From Histomonas meleagridis 2922-C6/04-290x (taxonomy: Eukaryota > Protista > Parabasalia): a stretch of 64,000 nt of DNA. Under the pieces are notes generated by a model. It did not search any database and was not told the origin of the DNA. It was given only the letters and a program-made list of their open reading frames with translations. Made by a program: the position numbers and the translations under genes. The stretch is from NCBI GenBank assembly GCA_020184695.1, contig JAANOX010000153.1, positions 930,001 through 994,000 on the forward strand, read 5' to 3'. Position 1 is the stretch's first letter. Every line of letters begins with the position of its first letter. Below are positions 22,709 through 32,720 of the stretch, in pieces.

Positions 22709-23722
22709 AATGGTGGAAATAAATCGGCAATTTATATCAAAAAATAGAAAGAATTTTTTTTTTAATAAAAGAGTTTATTTTTTTTATGAATGTTAAATAA
22801 AGTATTTCACCAGGAAACATGAGAAAAAGAAGTTCATTCGAAGTTCCCAGTCACGTTTCAACATATTTTAACAATACTTGAGAAGTTTGATGCACCTAGT
22901 ACTAGAAACAATAATTTTTACTGCCACTGTAGTAAAATATGAAATAGAGTGTATCGAGAAAGTTGTAATCATTGGTAATTGATAAGAAGATAACATGAAA
23001 ACCTCATCATTTTGAAAGTGAATGCGATAACTTTATTTTTTAAATAAAAATTAAATAAAAATAAAATTTAACAAGAATTTCATTAAAATTTAAAATCAAA
23101 TTCAAATATCTTGGTTTTCTATTAGTATTTTAATCTTATATTTATAGTATAGTTTTGATATGTTATCTACATTATATTTTTAAAAATAGACAAAAAAAAA
23201 TCATTATAACAATATGAATACATGTTCTTCTTGTAAATAATTCCAATAAACATATAGACATACGTCATCTTGAGAAATATCATTACTACATTGATGTGTC
23301 CCGCAAATAACATTATTTATATCATCAAGACATTCTTTTGACATATGTCTTTCAACATATACACAAGCTTAATGAGCTTGCATTAGTAACTGGAATCTGT
23401 TCTATTCCATATTTTTTCGAGTCTCTTCAATTAAAGCAATATCGTCTCTATCAGGTTCATTATCAAAATATGAATGAATTGTATATGTTAATTTATTAAG
23501 TGTTGTGTGACACCGAACCAACAAAACAGGTATTAAAGAATTTTATTTATTCTTGAACATATTATAAAATTATTAAAGATTAAAAATTAAATTTACATAT
23601 CAGGATCTCATTTTAAAACTTCTAAATAGTTATTTGAATAATTTATTAAGATATTTTCTTTTCATCTACAAAGATTTGAATCATCAGCTTTAGTTTTTTT
23701 AATCATTGAATAAATTGTTTCT

Positions 23723-26111
23723 TTATTTCATATCTTCCAATTTTTTAGCGAGCAAATTTGCGATTTCAATATGATTATGGTATTCTGCTAATTTTTGTGC
23801 TTTAGAAAATATTATTTTGAAACAAAAAAATATATTAATAAACATCAAATTAATGAAAGAAATATTTTTAGTATAGAAATAAATACTATTAGAATGAAGA
23901 AGATATTTAACTATATCTATGTAACCTTTTTCAGATGCATGTGTAAGAGCTTTATAATATAATTTAAATAATTTCCAAATATTATTTTGTAATCCAAAAT
24001 TATAAAGATAAATATCAAATAAAACAAATAAATATCTTTAGCATTAATATCAATTCCTTCTTGTTCAAGAAGTAATTTAACTATTTCAGTAAAACCACTT
24101 GAAGCTGCTAATATAAGTGCTGTTTCAAATATATTAAAAAAATTCCATATTTTGTTGTAAAATATCAAAATATTAAAATATATTTTATACAAAATAATAA
24201 AACATCTTTTGCATTGACATCAATTACTTTTTTCTCGAGAAGTAATTTGACTATTTCTGTGTGTCCTTGGCCTGAAGCTTTCATAAGTGGTGTTTCAAAT
24301 ATTTTAAATGAGCTTCATAATATATTTTGAAATCCAAAATTAAAAAATTAAATAGCAAACATGATATTTATACATTTTTAGCTTTTAAATCAATTTCTTT
24401 TCGATCTAGAAGTAATTTAACCACTTCTTTATTACCATTTTCTGATGCAAACATAAGTGCTGAATAAAATATTTTAAGCAATTTCCAAATTAAATTTTTA
24501 AATATCAAAAATTTTAAATGAATTCTAAAATAATCAAAAAAATGTTTTTTTGATTAATTTCAATTTTGTTTTGTTCAAGAAGAATTTTAATTATATCTGT
24601 CGCATCATGTTCAGATGCGATTATAAGTGCTGTTTCAAAATTAAATAGTAATTTCTAAACATTATTTTAAAATATCGTATTATTTAAATTATAATTAAGT
24701 TGAAGATATAAATATTTTTAGCATTTATATTAATTCCTTTTTGCTCAAGAAGTAATTTAAAAAGTTCAATATCACCAATTCTAGCAGCCACTATAAGAGC
24801 TGTATCAAATGATTTGAACAAATTCCAAATAATATATGAAGATATCAAAAATATAATATAAATATCAAATGAAATAATAAAATATTTTTAGAATTAAGAT
24901 TAATAACTTTTTGTTCTAAAACATACTTAACAAGCTCAATGTTACCTGATTCTACTGTAAAAACAAAAATATTTTTAGGAATTTTATTATTTTGTAAAAA
25001 ATATTTTACAAGATAGAAGTTACCAATTTTTGCTGAAAGATTAATCATTGATTCATCAATTTTCATCCCAACTTTTAACAAAAATGAAAGAATTTCATAA
25101 TTCCCACATTTAATACATAAATTTCCAAATTTAATAATGTTATTAGGATTAATTTCTTTCTTTAGATGTTTTTTATTTTCATAAAGATATTTAAAGATAT
25201 CATTTTGATGAAATATAATTGCTGTTTCATATGCATTTTGAAAAGAGATATGATTTTGTTCACATAAATGAATAATTTCTAAATTTCCACCTGCAATTGC
25301 ATATTTACCTGTATCTTCTACATTTGCACCCATCATAAGTAAATATTTAAAACATTTAACTGAAGAAAAAAAATGCTGCAATATCAATTAATGATACATT
25401 TTCTTCATTAATAAATGAATACCTTTCATAAAGTGATGGTTCAATTTTTTGTTTGAAAAAAATATTTGGTTGTGATGACATTTCTTGAAGTTTTTCTATG
25501 TCATCATTTCGAATTATTTTCACAATTTCATTCTGATTTATTCCTTCTTTAACATATTTCTTATGAAGTTCCCAATCATTTTTCTTTAGTTCAATAAAAT
25601 CATGATTTGGACTCCCGAAAAATATGCACCTTTCGATACCATCATCTTTTTCATATTCACCTTCTGGTTTATAATGCGCAAAATATTCAGAATCAATGTT
25701 TTTAGCAATATCTGAATTTATTAAATTCCGCTCAATCATTTGTTCAATTATATAATATGATTCATGTGATTCTATCTCAGATAAATAATAAGAAAAAGTT
25801 TCTATAATTTTGGGTGAATTTTTGTTGAGTTCTTCTTCTTTAGTTTGTATTGTTTCTAAATATTTTATGTAAATATCAATTTCTTTCTTTAGTGAACAAA
25901 ATGCATAATAAACTAAGGTAATAATAACAGAATTGAATGAATGGAAATTTGAATCAAATAATTTCATTGTTTGATCTATTGATAATTCAAAATTATTTTC
26001 ATCGAGATTAAACACAACATGTTTGAGTTCAATAAGAAAATCAATATAGGAAGAGTCTATTTCATCATAATTTTTTGTTGAAGTATCACTTTTGGATCTG
26101 TTGCTTCTCAT
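23723..26111 (-). CDS. DUF3447-type ankyrin protein whose C-terminal repeats are split by 17+3-nt arrays (locus B)
   Basis: ATG 26111. One extra base in the A8 run at 25366-25373 splits the N-terminal ORF. Six stop-free 30-codon blocks start at 24803, 24633, 24463, 24293, 24123 and 23953 (period exactly 170 nt), then a capping block 23803-23723. Confidence 0.85.
23804..24883 (-). repeat. Seven spacer arrays of 20-nt units (six of 80 nt, one of 60 nt)
   Basis: Spacers 24883-24804, 24713-24634, 24543-24464, 24373-24294, 24203-24124, 24033-23954, 23863-23804. Triplets read DDGD, NDRE, RDGY, AWEE, KDGE, DWGY, DFS. Confidence 0.92.
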
Positions 26112-26422
26112 TTTCAAAATAAACTATTCAAAGGCATTTTTTAGTGCAAACAATTTAGCATACCTTCTCAACTTTGTTTCCACACTATCCAGAAGAACTT
26201 AATTTTCACAAGCATGAAAAAACAGATATGAAAATTAGAGAAAATGTCACATTGAAATCATTTCTAATTATCGAATTATGCTTTTGTGAACAAGATAAAT
26301 TGTGAAAAAATGTGATTTATCAAAAGTATAAAGTTTTGATTAACACCAGTTTGGCAAATCATATATAATATATGATATATTGACCAACGTCGATTGAACC
26401 AAAACGTAAATTATACTGTGTC

Positions 26423-26995
26423 CTAATCATTGCCATTGTTGTGTCCTCCTCTTCTTTTCCTGTTTCTGTTTTTCTTTTTTGAAGAAGGTCCACCTTGATT
26501 AATAAGAGAATTAACAGTTTTAGTATTATCTATTACTTCAGTGGCTTTGTTAATGTCTTCGACAGTCATTAGCTTTTCGCTTTCGGGTATCAAATTATTT
26601 TCATAATCTTCAGCAAACTTCTTAAATTCGGAATCATCTTCAATCGAAGGAAGTTGCTTCCGGTGGCTTTGTTGTTGTGGAAGAGGTAATTTCATCATTG
26701 GGGCATATTCAATAACGCAAGGCCTTTGCTCGCCAAATGGCATTAAAAAAGTTTTTTGCATCATCATTGTAATGAATTGTTGAGCACATGCTTCATCATA
26801 AAACGAAACTATTGCCATTGCTGAAGGAGGCGCTGATGTATCTCCAATGATTTCGGCAGAATAAAATTGAACAGATGCAATCCTTTGGGTAACAAACATT
26901 TTCACGCAATCAACTTCGTTGAATTCAGCCTCGGAAAGAGTAGGTGGTAGTTTACGACAAATAATTCTGGTGGCTCTTGGTGGTCCAGTCTCCAT
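26423..26995 (-). CDS. UPF3: Nonsense-mediated decay factor UPF3-like (RRM)
   Basis: RIICRKLPPTLSEAEF...AIVSF...F...F...VIEYAP matches the Smg4/UPF3 domain pattern. First ATG at 26995. Confidence 0.75.
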   Translation of the reverse strand: METGPPRATRIICRKLPPTLSEAEFNEVDCVKMFVTQRIASVQFYSAEIIGDTSAPPSAMAIVSFYDEACAQQFITMMMQKTFLMPFGEQRPCVIEYAPMMKLPLPQQQSHRKQLPSIEDDSEFKKFAEDYENNLIPESEKLMTVEDINKATEVIDNTKTVNSLINQGGPSSKKKNRNRKRRGGHNNGND

Positions 26996-27005
26996 TGTAA
27001 GGCCC

Positions 27006-27047
27006 TCAAAAAGTGCCGCGGCAAGGATAGTCAATTCCACTTTTTGA
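27006..27047. promoter_or_regulatory. Inverted pair of AAAAGTG (M2-like) core-promoter motifs around GCCGCGGC
   Basis: TCAAAAAGTG (27006-27015) and CACTTTTTGA (27038-27047) lie just upstream of the UPF3 ATG and resemble the Trichomonas vaginalis motif M2 (AAAGTGAC). Confidence 0.45.
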
Positions 27048-27392
27048 TATTAACGATTTTTTTCTTCGTTGAGTTCATGATAACAAATGGATTTTAAGGC
27101 ATATCATTAAAATACTGTGTGAACACAATGAAAAAATCAAATAAAACACATGTAATGAATATCATAAAATTATGAAAATGATCTTCATAATTTAAAAATT
27201 AAAGAACCATAACAAAATTATATCGAAATACTAAGATGTAAATGTAATACATAATATGATTTTGTTCAGGAAAATAAATTCTTCTTTAAAGGAGGAAGAT
27301 GGAAATTTCTGATTAAAAATTTGTGAAATTTTTCTGGCATTTTATTTTGAATATTTTTATTCTGACATTTCCTAAATTCTGAACTTTTTTCA

Positions 27393-28994
27393 ATGCTTTT
27401 TGCTCCATCTCCACAGACACTTCTTCATACACATGACACACATTATGGAGCAAATCTAATGTCAGAAATGTATAATCGTCTTAGGGTTTCTCCAGACTTA
27501 AGTAATCCTGGTGATTCACAACTTTTTATTGATTTAGGTTATCTTTGCTTTAATGGTGACAGTCCTCAAATCAAAAAATCTCACTACAATTCTTCATATA
27601 TTGTAGCTGTTTCTATGAATACGGATTCTCCAAGTGCACCTTTATTTTTAGCATTACAAGTTTCAAATACAGAAGCACAAAAAGATGCAATAGATTTTTT
27701 TGAGGGAGCCTCCCAAAAGGGAAGCATCGAAGCAATGAACTCTGTTGGTAAACTATATGTTGATCACCCAGAATTATTCCAAGTTGATTCAATAGCGGAT
27801 TCGTATCAAAAAGCAATTAAATGGCACATCAATGCTTCTCGCCTTGGTTCTACTGACAGTTACAAATATTTAGGAAAATGTTATTTTCATCTCCAAGATT
27901 TCAAGAAATCTCTTATATGTTTTCAAAAACATTTCCTCACCACAAAGTCCATATATTCTGCTTATCATATTGGTAAAATTCTTGATCGTCTTTCTAAAAA
28001 TTCAGAAATATCTATTAAATGGTTTCGTTTTTGTGCCTCTAGAGGACATTTCAAGGCAGCCTTACATCTTTCACGTAATTCTACTAGCTGGAAACGAGTT
28101 ATTCAACCTTTTTGTTTCCATAAATCACTACCCAAAACATTAAGTGCGAATCTTTCTACTGATTTTAGTGCGGTTCCTTTTTATATTGCATCCCAGCTTC
28201 TCAACCTTACCAAGCCATTTTCCAATCCCAACAACACCCAACAATACATCAAATATTCGCATTCGTTCCAACCGATAACCGCCGTTTTACCGGTTATTAC
28301 CAAAAAGCAAAAAGTAATTCCAGACTGTTTAACGAAAACGCCATGTAGTTACATTCCACAGTTTTATTATCCATCTACCAATAAGACGCAACTATTATTT
28401 CAATTATTTAATTTTGCATCACCTGATTTTGAAGAACGAAATTTAAATTTAGCGTCATTAATTATCTCAAGAATCTATGACTATAACTCGCGAGGAATTG
28501 TTGAGTGTAAATTATGGCGAAACAAATGTAAATCTAAAGTCTCTGATGATTTAGTTCGATGTGGATTTATCTCATGTCTATTAAATGATAATGATTACGC
28601 ATTAAGTTTATTCCAAAAGGCATCGAAAATGGGAAACTTAACCGGATCTTTAATGACGGGACTTCTTTTGTATCATTATATATCTCCAAGGAAAACCGAA
28701 GACGCGTGTTACTTCTTTGCAAAATGCACAACTGATATAATCGCATTGTTTCATATATATTTAAATTGTAATGATAATGTGTCGGAAAAAAGAATTAAAC
28801 AAATGATTGAGCCAAATAAAAACGAAGTAAATGTATTGGAAGAAATCGGAGATTATTTGGCAGAAGGTGTAAAATTCCCTAAAAATTATAGAGCAGCCGC
28901 AATGTTCTACGGAATGGCAATGGCAAAGGCTGAAAAAATAGGAGAAGAAACAAACCATTTGATATACAAAATTAATCAAGTTTATACTGAATAA
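27393..28994 (+). CDS. Sel1-like repeat protein
   Basis: AIDFFEGASQKGSIEAMNSVGKLY, AIKWHINASRLG, WFRFCASRGH, LFQKASKMGN, GVKFPKNYRAAAMFYGMA. Confidence 0.8.
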   Translation: MLFAPSPQTLLHTHDTHYGANLMSEMYNRLRVSPDLSNPGDSQLFIDLGYLCFNGDSPQIKKSHYNSSYIVAVSMNTDSPSAPLFLALQVSNTEAQKDAIDFFEGASQKGSIEAMNSVGKLYVDHPELFQVDSIADSYQKAIKWHINASRLGSTDSYKYLGKCYFHLQDFKKSLICFQKHFLTTKSIYSAYHIGKILDRLSKNSEISIKWFRFCASRGHFKAALHLSRNSTSWKRVIQPFCFHKSLPKTLSANLSTDFSAVPFYIASQLLNLTKPFSNPNNTQQYIKYSHSFQPITAVLPVITKKQKVIPDCLTKTPCSYIPQFYYPSTNKTQLLFQLFNFASPDFEERNLNLASLIISRIYDYNSRGIVECKLWRNKCKSKVSDDLVRCGFISCLLNDNDYALSLFQKASKMGNLTGSLMTGLLLYHYISPRKTEDACYFFAKCTTDIIALFHIYLNCNDNVSEKRIKQMIEPNKNEVNVLEEIGDYLAEGVKFPKNYRAAAMFYGMAMAKAEKIGEETNHLIYKINQVYTE

Positions 28995-29480
28995 AATGTT
29001 ATATAATTATTACAATTTTTGATTTTCGCAATTTCTACCCTAGAAGAAACAATAAATATCAAATGTATTTGAATTAGTTTGTTATTTTCCAATTTTTTTG
29101 GAAATCTCTGTTTTGGGCTTAAGAATGAAAATTTCGTGGGCTTAAGGAGAAGCTATATTTAATATCATTTTTTACACCAACAATAAAAAGGCTTTTCATA
29201 AGCAAATATTAAAAAAATATTTGAATAATTGATTATTAAGAGTCGAAACAAAAAAATAAAAATTCTGTCCATTAATTGAAAAAATGTGACATGAAAACTC
29301 TGGGTGCCCTATAGCCGTCACAAAACGATAGGGTTTGCTGGGGGTACCCATTTCCCACAACATGACAAATTTTGCCACTTTTTCAATGAATTTATGACCG
29401 CTCGTGGAAATGGCCTCGGCATGTGACGGTTTATTCTGAGAGGAACTTTTTGGTTGAAAACAAAAAAGTGATCTATTGTT

Positions 29481-31475
29481 ATGGATTTGTTTTTTAATGA
29501 AGATCAAATCATAGAGAGTGATGACATCCCCAAGTTAAAAGAGGAAATAAAGTTCCTTGAGAAATATACATCATTTGATATCAATAGATTCAATCATCAA
29601 GAATTTGATAATATGAAAAATGCAATATTTAAAAATGGGTGTTCTGCTCGAGCAGCATATCTTTTACATTTAAGAACTATGGACGTTTTTGATTTCTTTG
29701 ATACTCCAACATTGGATAATATGTTTATGAGCATTACCTCTTCCCCAATCAAATCTTTTTCACATCTCTCTCCTTTAGTATCTCAAATGCTTTCTTTTGT
29801 TATTTTATCACTTCATCATGATTTAAAACTCTTTGGTAATTTAATTCAAGAGTATTTTGAATTTGACTCAAGTTTATCATTAGTATTTGCATATTCTACC
29901 TTTCCAGCATTATTCAGTTATTTTACACTTCAAGAGTATTGTGAATTAGGTTCCCAACTAATAATTGAGTTAATTAATAATCATTTATCTCTTACAATTG
30001 TCATAAACTCAATGATTTCTGCGTTTATCTTCTCAAACTTCCGTTTTAATGAAGACTTATGGAAGCGCTTTGATCAATCTGTAGGAAACATCAAAGATCC
30101 ATCCGAAGCATTCAATATATTCTGTAACGTTCTCAAAAAGTCAACAAAATTCTTAACTGATCAACACGTTATAATCATCTCACTTTATTCTGCTCTTAAC
30201 ATGAATGCTTGTATTGATGTTGTCATGAGTGACATTTTATCACGGTCGTGTCGACTTTTTTCTCCTCAGCATGAGTTTTTTGCAAATTATCTTGATTCAT
30301 TAGCAACAAGTAAAAACCCCGAATTGTTTACAATGATACTCGCAACACTTACTCGAGGAAGAGCACGTTGTCCTCGAGTTCCTAAGCTTCATAATAAAAT
30401 CAAAACACTTCCACTCATAATGTCTGATCGTGACATTTGTACCTTAATGGAACTCATCAAAGGGAACATGCAAAAGTTCTCTATAACAAATACATTTTTT
30501 AATGATTTCGATAAAATCTTTAAGAATGGGTATAGCCCAATATATCTCGAAATCCCTGTGAACAACTCGAAGCCGACGCATAGTTCGAATACAGAAATTG
30601 TTCCTCCTAAATTCCAACGATTTTATGTAAAACTTTTAGTTGAAGCACGAGCGCGAAATGTTTCATTTCTAAATTTATTAGAAGACCCGAATATGGTTAA
30701 TAAGTTTTCATTATTATCTTCAAACGATTTCCTGAAATATGCATTAAGTAGTTATATCAAGCAAAGAATGAATTATTACCATATATTTCATACGTCAATT
30801 AACCTTAAACTAAGCAGAATCGAAATAGAAGAGTATGGAAAATCAATTAGTTATATTAAAAATATGATATCTTCGCGTTTCGCGGAGTCTCACATCAGAC
30901 AAATGCTTTTGCAAAACCCTAAAATTGACAGCTTTACAAAAATGATGAACGTTTTCATTGAAAGTAAAACAGACGATAGATTATTTTTTGACAGCTTTGT
31001 TGCCATTCTAAATTCAATGGAATTCAAAGAAAGTCGACGGTTGCCAAAAATTATTGAAGAATACCAAAAGTATTCAATGAATGTGATACATAATGATGTA
31101 GAAAATTGGATTATTAATAATAAGAAATGCGCAGATGTGATACAACATTTTTTGGATATTAACGTTTCTTCAATTAAAGATAACAAACTTGGATTACATT
31201 TTATGTTTTTGTTAAAATTATTAAAAACAGTAAATCAAATTAACAAAATAATAAAACCAAAAACAAATACGCAAAGTATGTTGCAATTTGCTTTCTATAA
31301 AATGAACAACATTAAAGAAATGGTTTACTTGAAACTTTTCGTTTTCGGTAATAAAATAATAAGAGTAAAACTGAATGAAAAAATAAACAGAAAAATAGAG
31401 GAACTTTTCGCAAGCTATGTGACGTATTTGGAATTAAGCAGAAGCTTGCAAACTGTATATATGAAAATAAAATAA
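29481..31475 (+). CDS. Hypothetical helical protein
   Basis: 664-aa intact ORF with ATG start; no motif recognised. Confidence 0.7.
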   Translation: MDLFFNEDQIIESDDIPKLKEEIKFLEKYTSFDINRFNHQEFDNMKNAIFKNGCSARAAYLLHLRTMDVFDFFDTPTLDNMFMSITSSPIKSFSHLSPLVSQMLSFVILSLHHDLKLFGNLIQEYFEFDSSLSLVFAYSTFPALFSYFTLQEYCELGSQLIIELINNHLSLTIVINSMISAFIFSNFRFNEDLWKRFDQSVGNIKDPSEAFNIFCNVLKKSTKFLTDQHVIIISLYSALNMNACIDVVMSDILSRSCRLFSPQHEFFANYLDSLATSKNPELFTMILATLTRGRARCPRVPKLHNKIKTLPLIMSDRDICTLMELIKGNMQKFSITNTFFNDFDKIFKNGYSPIYLEIPVNNSKPTHSSNTEIVPPKFQRFYVKLLVEARARNVSFLNLLEDPNMVNKFSLLSSNDFLKYALSSYIKQRMNYYHIFHTSINLKLSRIEIEEYGKSISYIKNMISSRFAESHIRQMLLQNPKIDSFTKMMNVFIESKTDDRLFFDSFVAILNSMEFKESRRLPKIIEEYQKYSMNVIHNDVENWIINNKKCADVIQHFLDINVSSIKDNKLGLHFMFLLKLLKTVNQINKIIKPKTNTQSMLQFAFYKMNNIKEMVYLKLFVFGNKIIRVKLNEKINRKIEELFASYVTYLELSRSLQTVYMKIK

Positions 31476-31944
31476 TGTTTGAATAAATTTGTTTGCTCAT
31501 TATTTTTTATTAAATCCAAAATTTGCGTATTAAATATTTATGCAACAAATTTCATCATTTTTTAGACTGGACTAATATTTGTTTATAATATTTCCAGTTG
31601 TATAGATGAAAACATAAGGCAAATGTTTTTAATGACTTTCAAAGCAAAGAAAAATCAAAAGAATTAATAATTTGGAATTACAAACATTAATAAAATTAAA
31701 ACTAGAACTAACCTTTAGTATTTATTTACATTACAGATTCAAAAAGGTTGAAAAGAAACCAATTGTTTGAAGTCTGATCCAATTTTCTTTCATGAATGTT
31801 TCTCCTTATCATAATTAAGATGCTTATTTTTGTGGCGATAGAAGAAATTGATGAAGTTTGGTCCTATCGTATCAAACAAAATTTGTGCGCAAACCGTACA
31901 ATCGATTGTAAAAACCTCAAAAAGCGCGCCCAATTTTTACCAAA

Positions 31945-32322
31945 ATGTCAGCAACACATCCGATCCCAAATGAGCAAAACCCAATATCAATGGTTCCAAG
32001 CAACACTGAAGATGGAATAAGGAGGAGAACTGAAGAGTTAATTTTGATGACTGAAGGAAAAGGGCCAAGAAGATGGAGACAAAGAAAAGGCGAATACTTA
32101 GAGAAACTAGAAAAAGATAATGAACAATTGAAAAGCTTAATAGTCGAGTTAGAACAACAGATTAGTGCTTCACAAGCTCAGAAAGATATTTATATTGATC
32201 AGTTATCATACTTTAAAGGATGTTTGGCGCAAATGGCACCGCTTGTTTATCAGCAGAATGCAGCAAATGCAGAAAAAACAGAAAAAGCGCCAGAACCAAT
32301 AACTGATCCTCGTCAAAATTGA
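31945..32322 (+). CDS. bZIP-like transcription factor
   Basis: Basic region RRWRQRKGEYLEKLE followed by leucine heptads (L...DNEQL...ELEQQI). Confidence 0.65.
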   Translation: MSATHPIPNEQNPISMVPSNTEDGIRRRTEELILMTEGKGPRRWRQRKGEYLEKLEKDNEQLKSLIVELEQQISASQAQKDIYIDQLSYFKGCLAQMAPLVYQQNAANAEKTEKAPEPITDPRQN

Positions 32323-32720
32323 AATGATCTAAAGTTGTTATCCTTTTTTCTTTTATGATAAAAACTTATTATTCTTATTTTTCTTTATGGATTAAAATTT
32401 TTTACTTGTATTTCAAAATCGTTAAATTACAAAATAATTTCTTATCATATTTTCTGAAAACATTTCTATAAAATGCGACAACTTCCAAAATTTAACTTTA
32501 TTTAGATGATGTTTTCACTTTTGGAAATTGCATATTAATCATCAAAATTAGAAACATAATTTATTATAATATTTATTATAAATGGTATATACCATTACAC
32601 ACATTTAACCATTTTAACATTTGTTATACCATATAATTTACATTGGATTTATCCAATTTTTCTAAAATTTATTTTATTTTCATTCGGAAAACAGTTTTCT
32701 AAAATGTTTACAAACAAAAC

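Noticed and set aside
23200-23560. Coding-like minus-strand fragment (…HSYFDNEPDRDDIALIEETR…)
   Set aside because: Needs two frameshifts and matches no family I recognise; possibly a pseudogene but unsupported.
23917-24192. ORF-track 91-aa protein with hydrophobic ends
   Set aside because: It is one ankyrin block read together with unprocessed flanking spacers, not a separate gene.
23723-24883. CRISPR-like repeat/spacer appearance of the 90+80 nt arrays
   Set aside because: The conserved part is protein-coding ankyrin sequence with synonymous variation, the host is eukaryotic, and there are no cas genes.
29100-29150. GGGCTTA pair resembling RNase P/MRP P4 strand; AAACCCTA (minus strand, near 29330) as a telomerase template
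   Set aside because: No matching upstream P4 partner was found, and the putative template would be sequestered in a stem.
32581-32596. 16-bp palindrome AATGGTATATACCATT
   Set aside because: AT-rich, isolated in a convergent intergenic region, and no supporting context.
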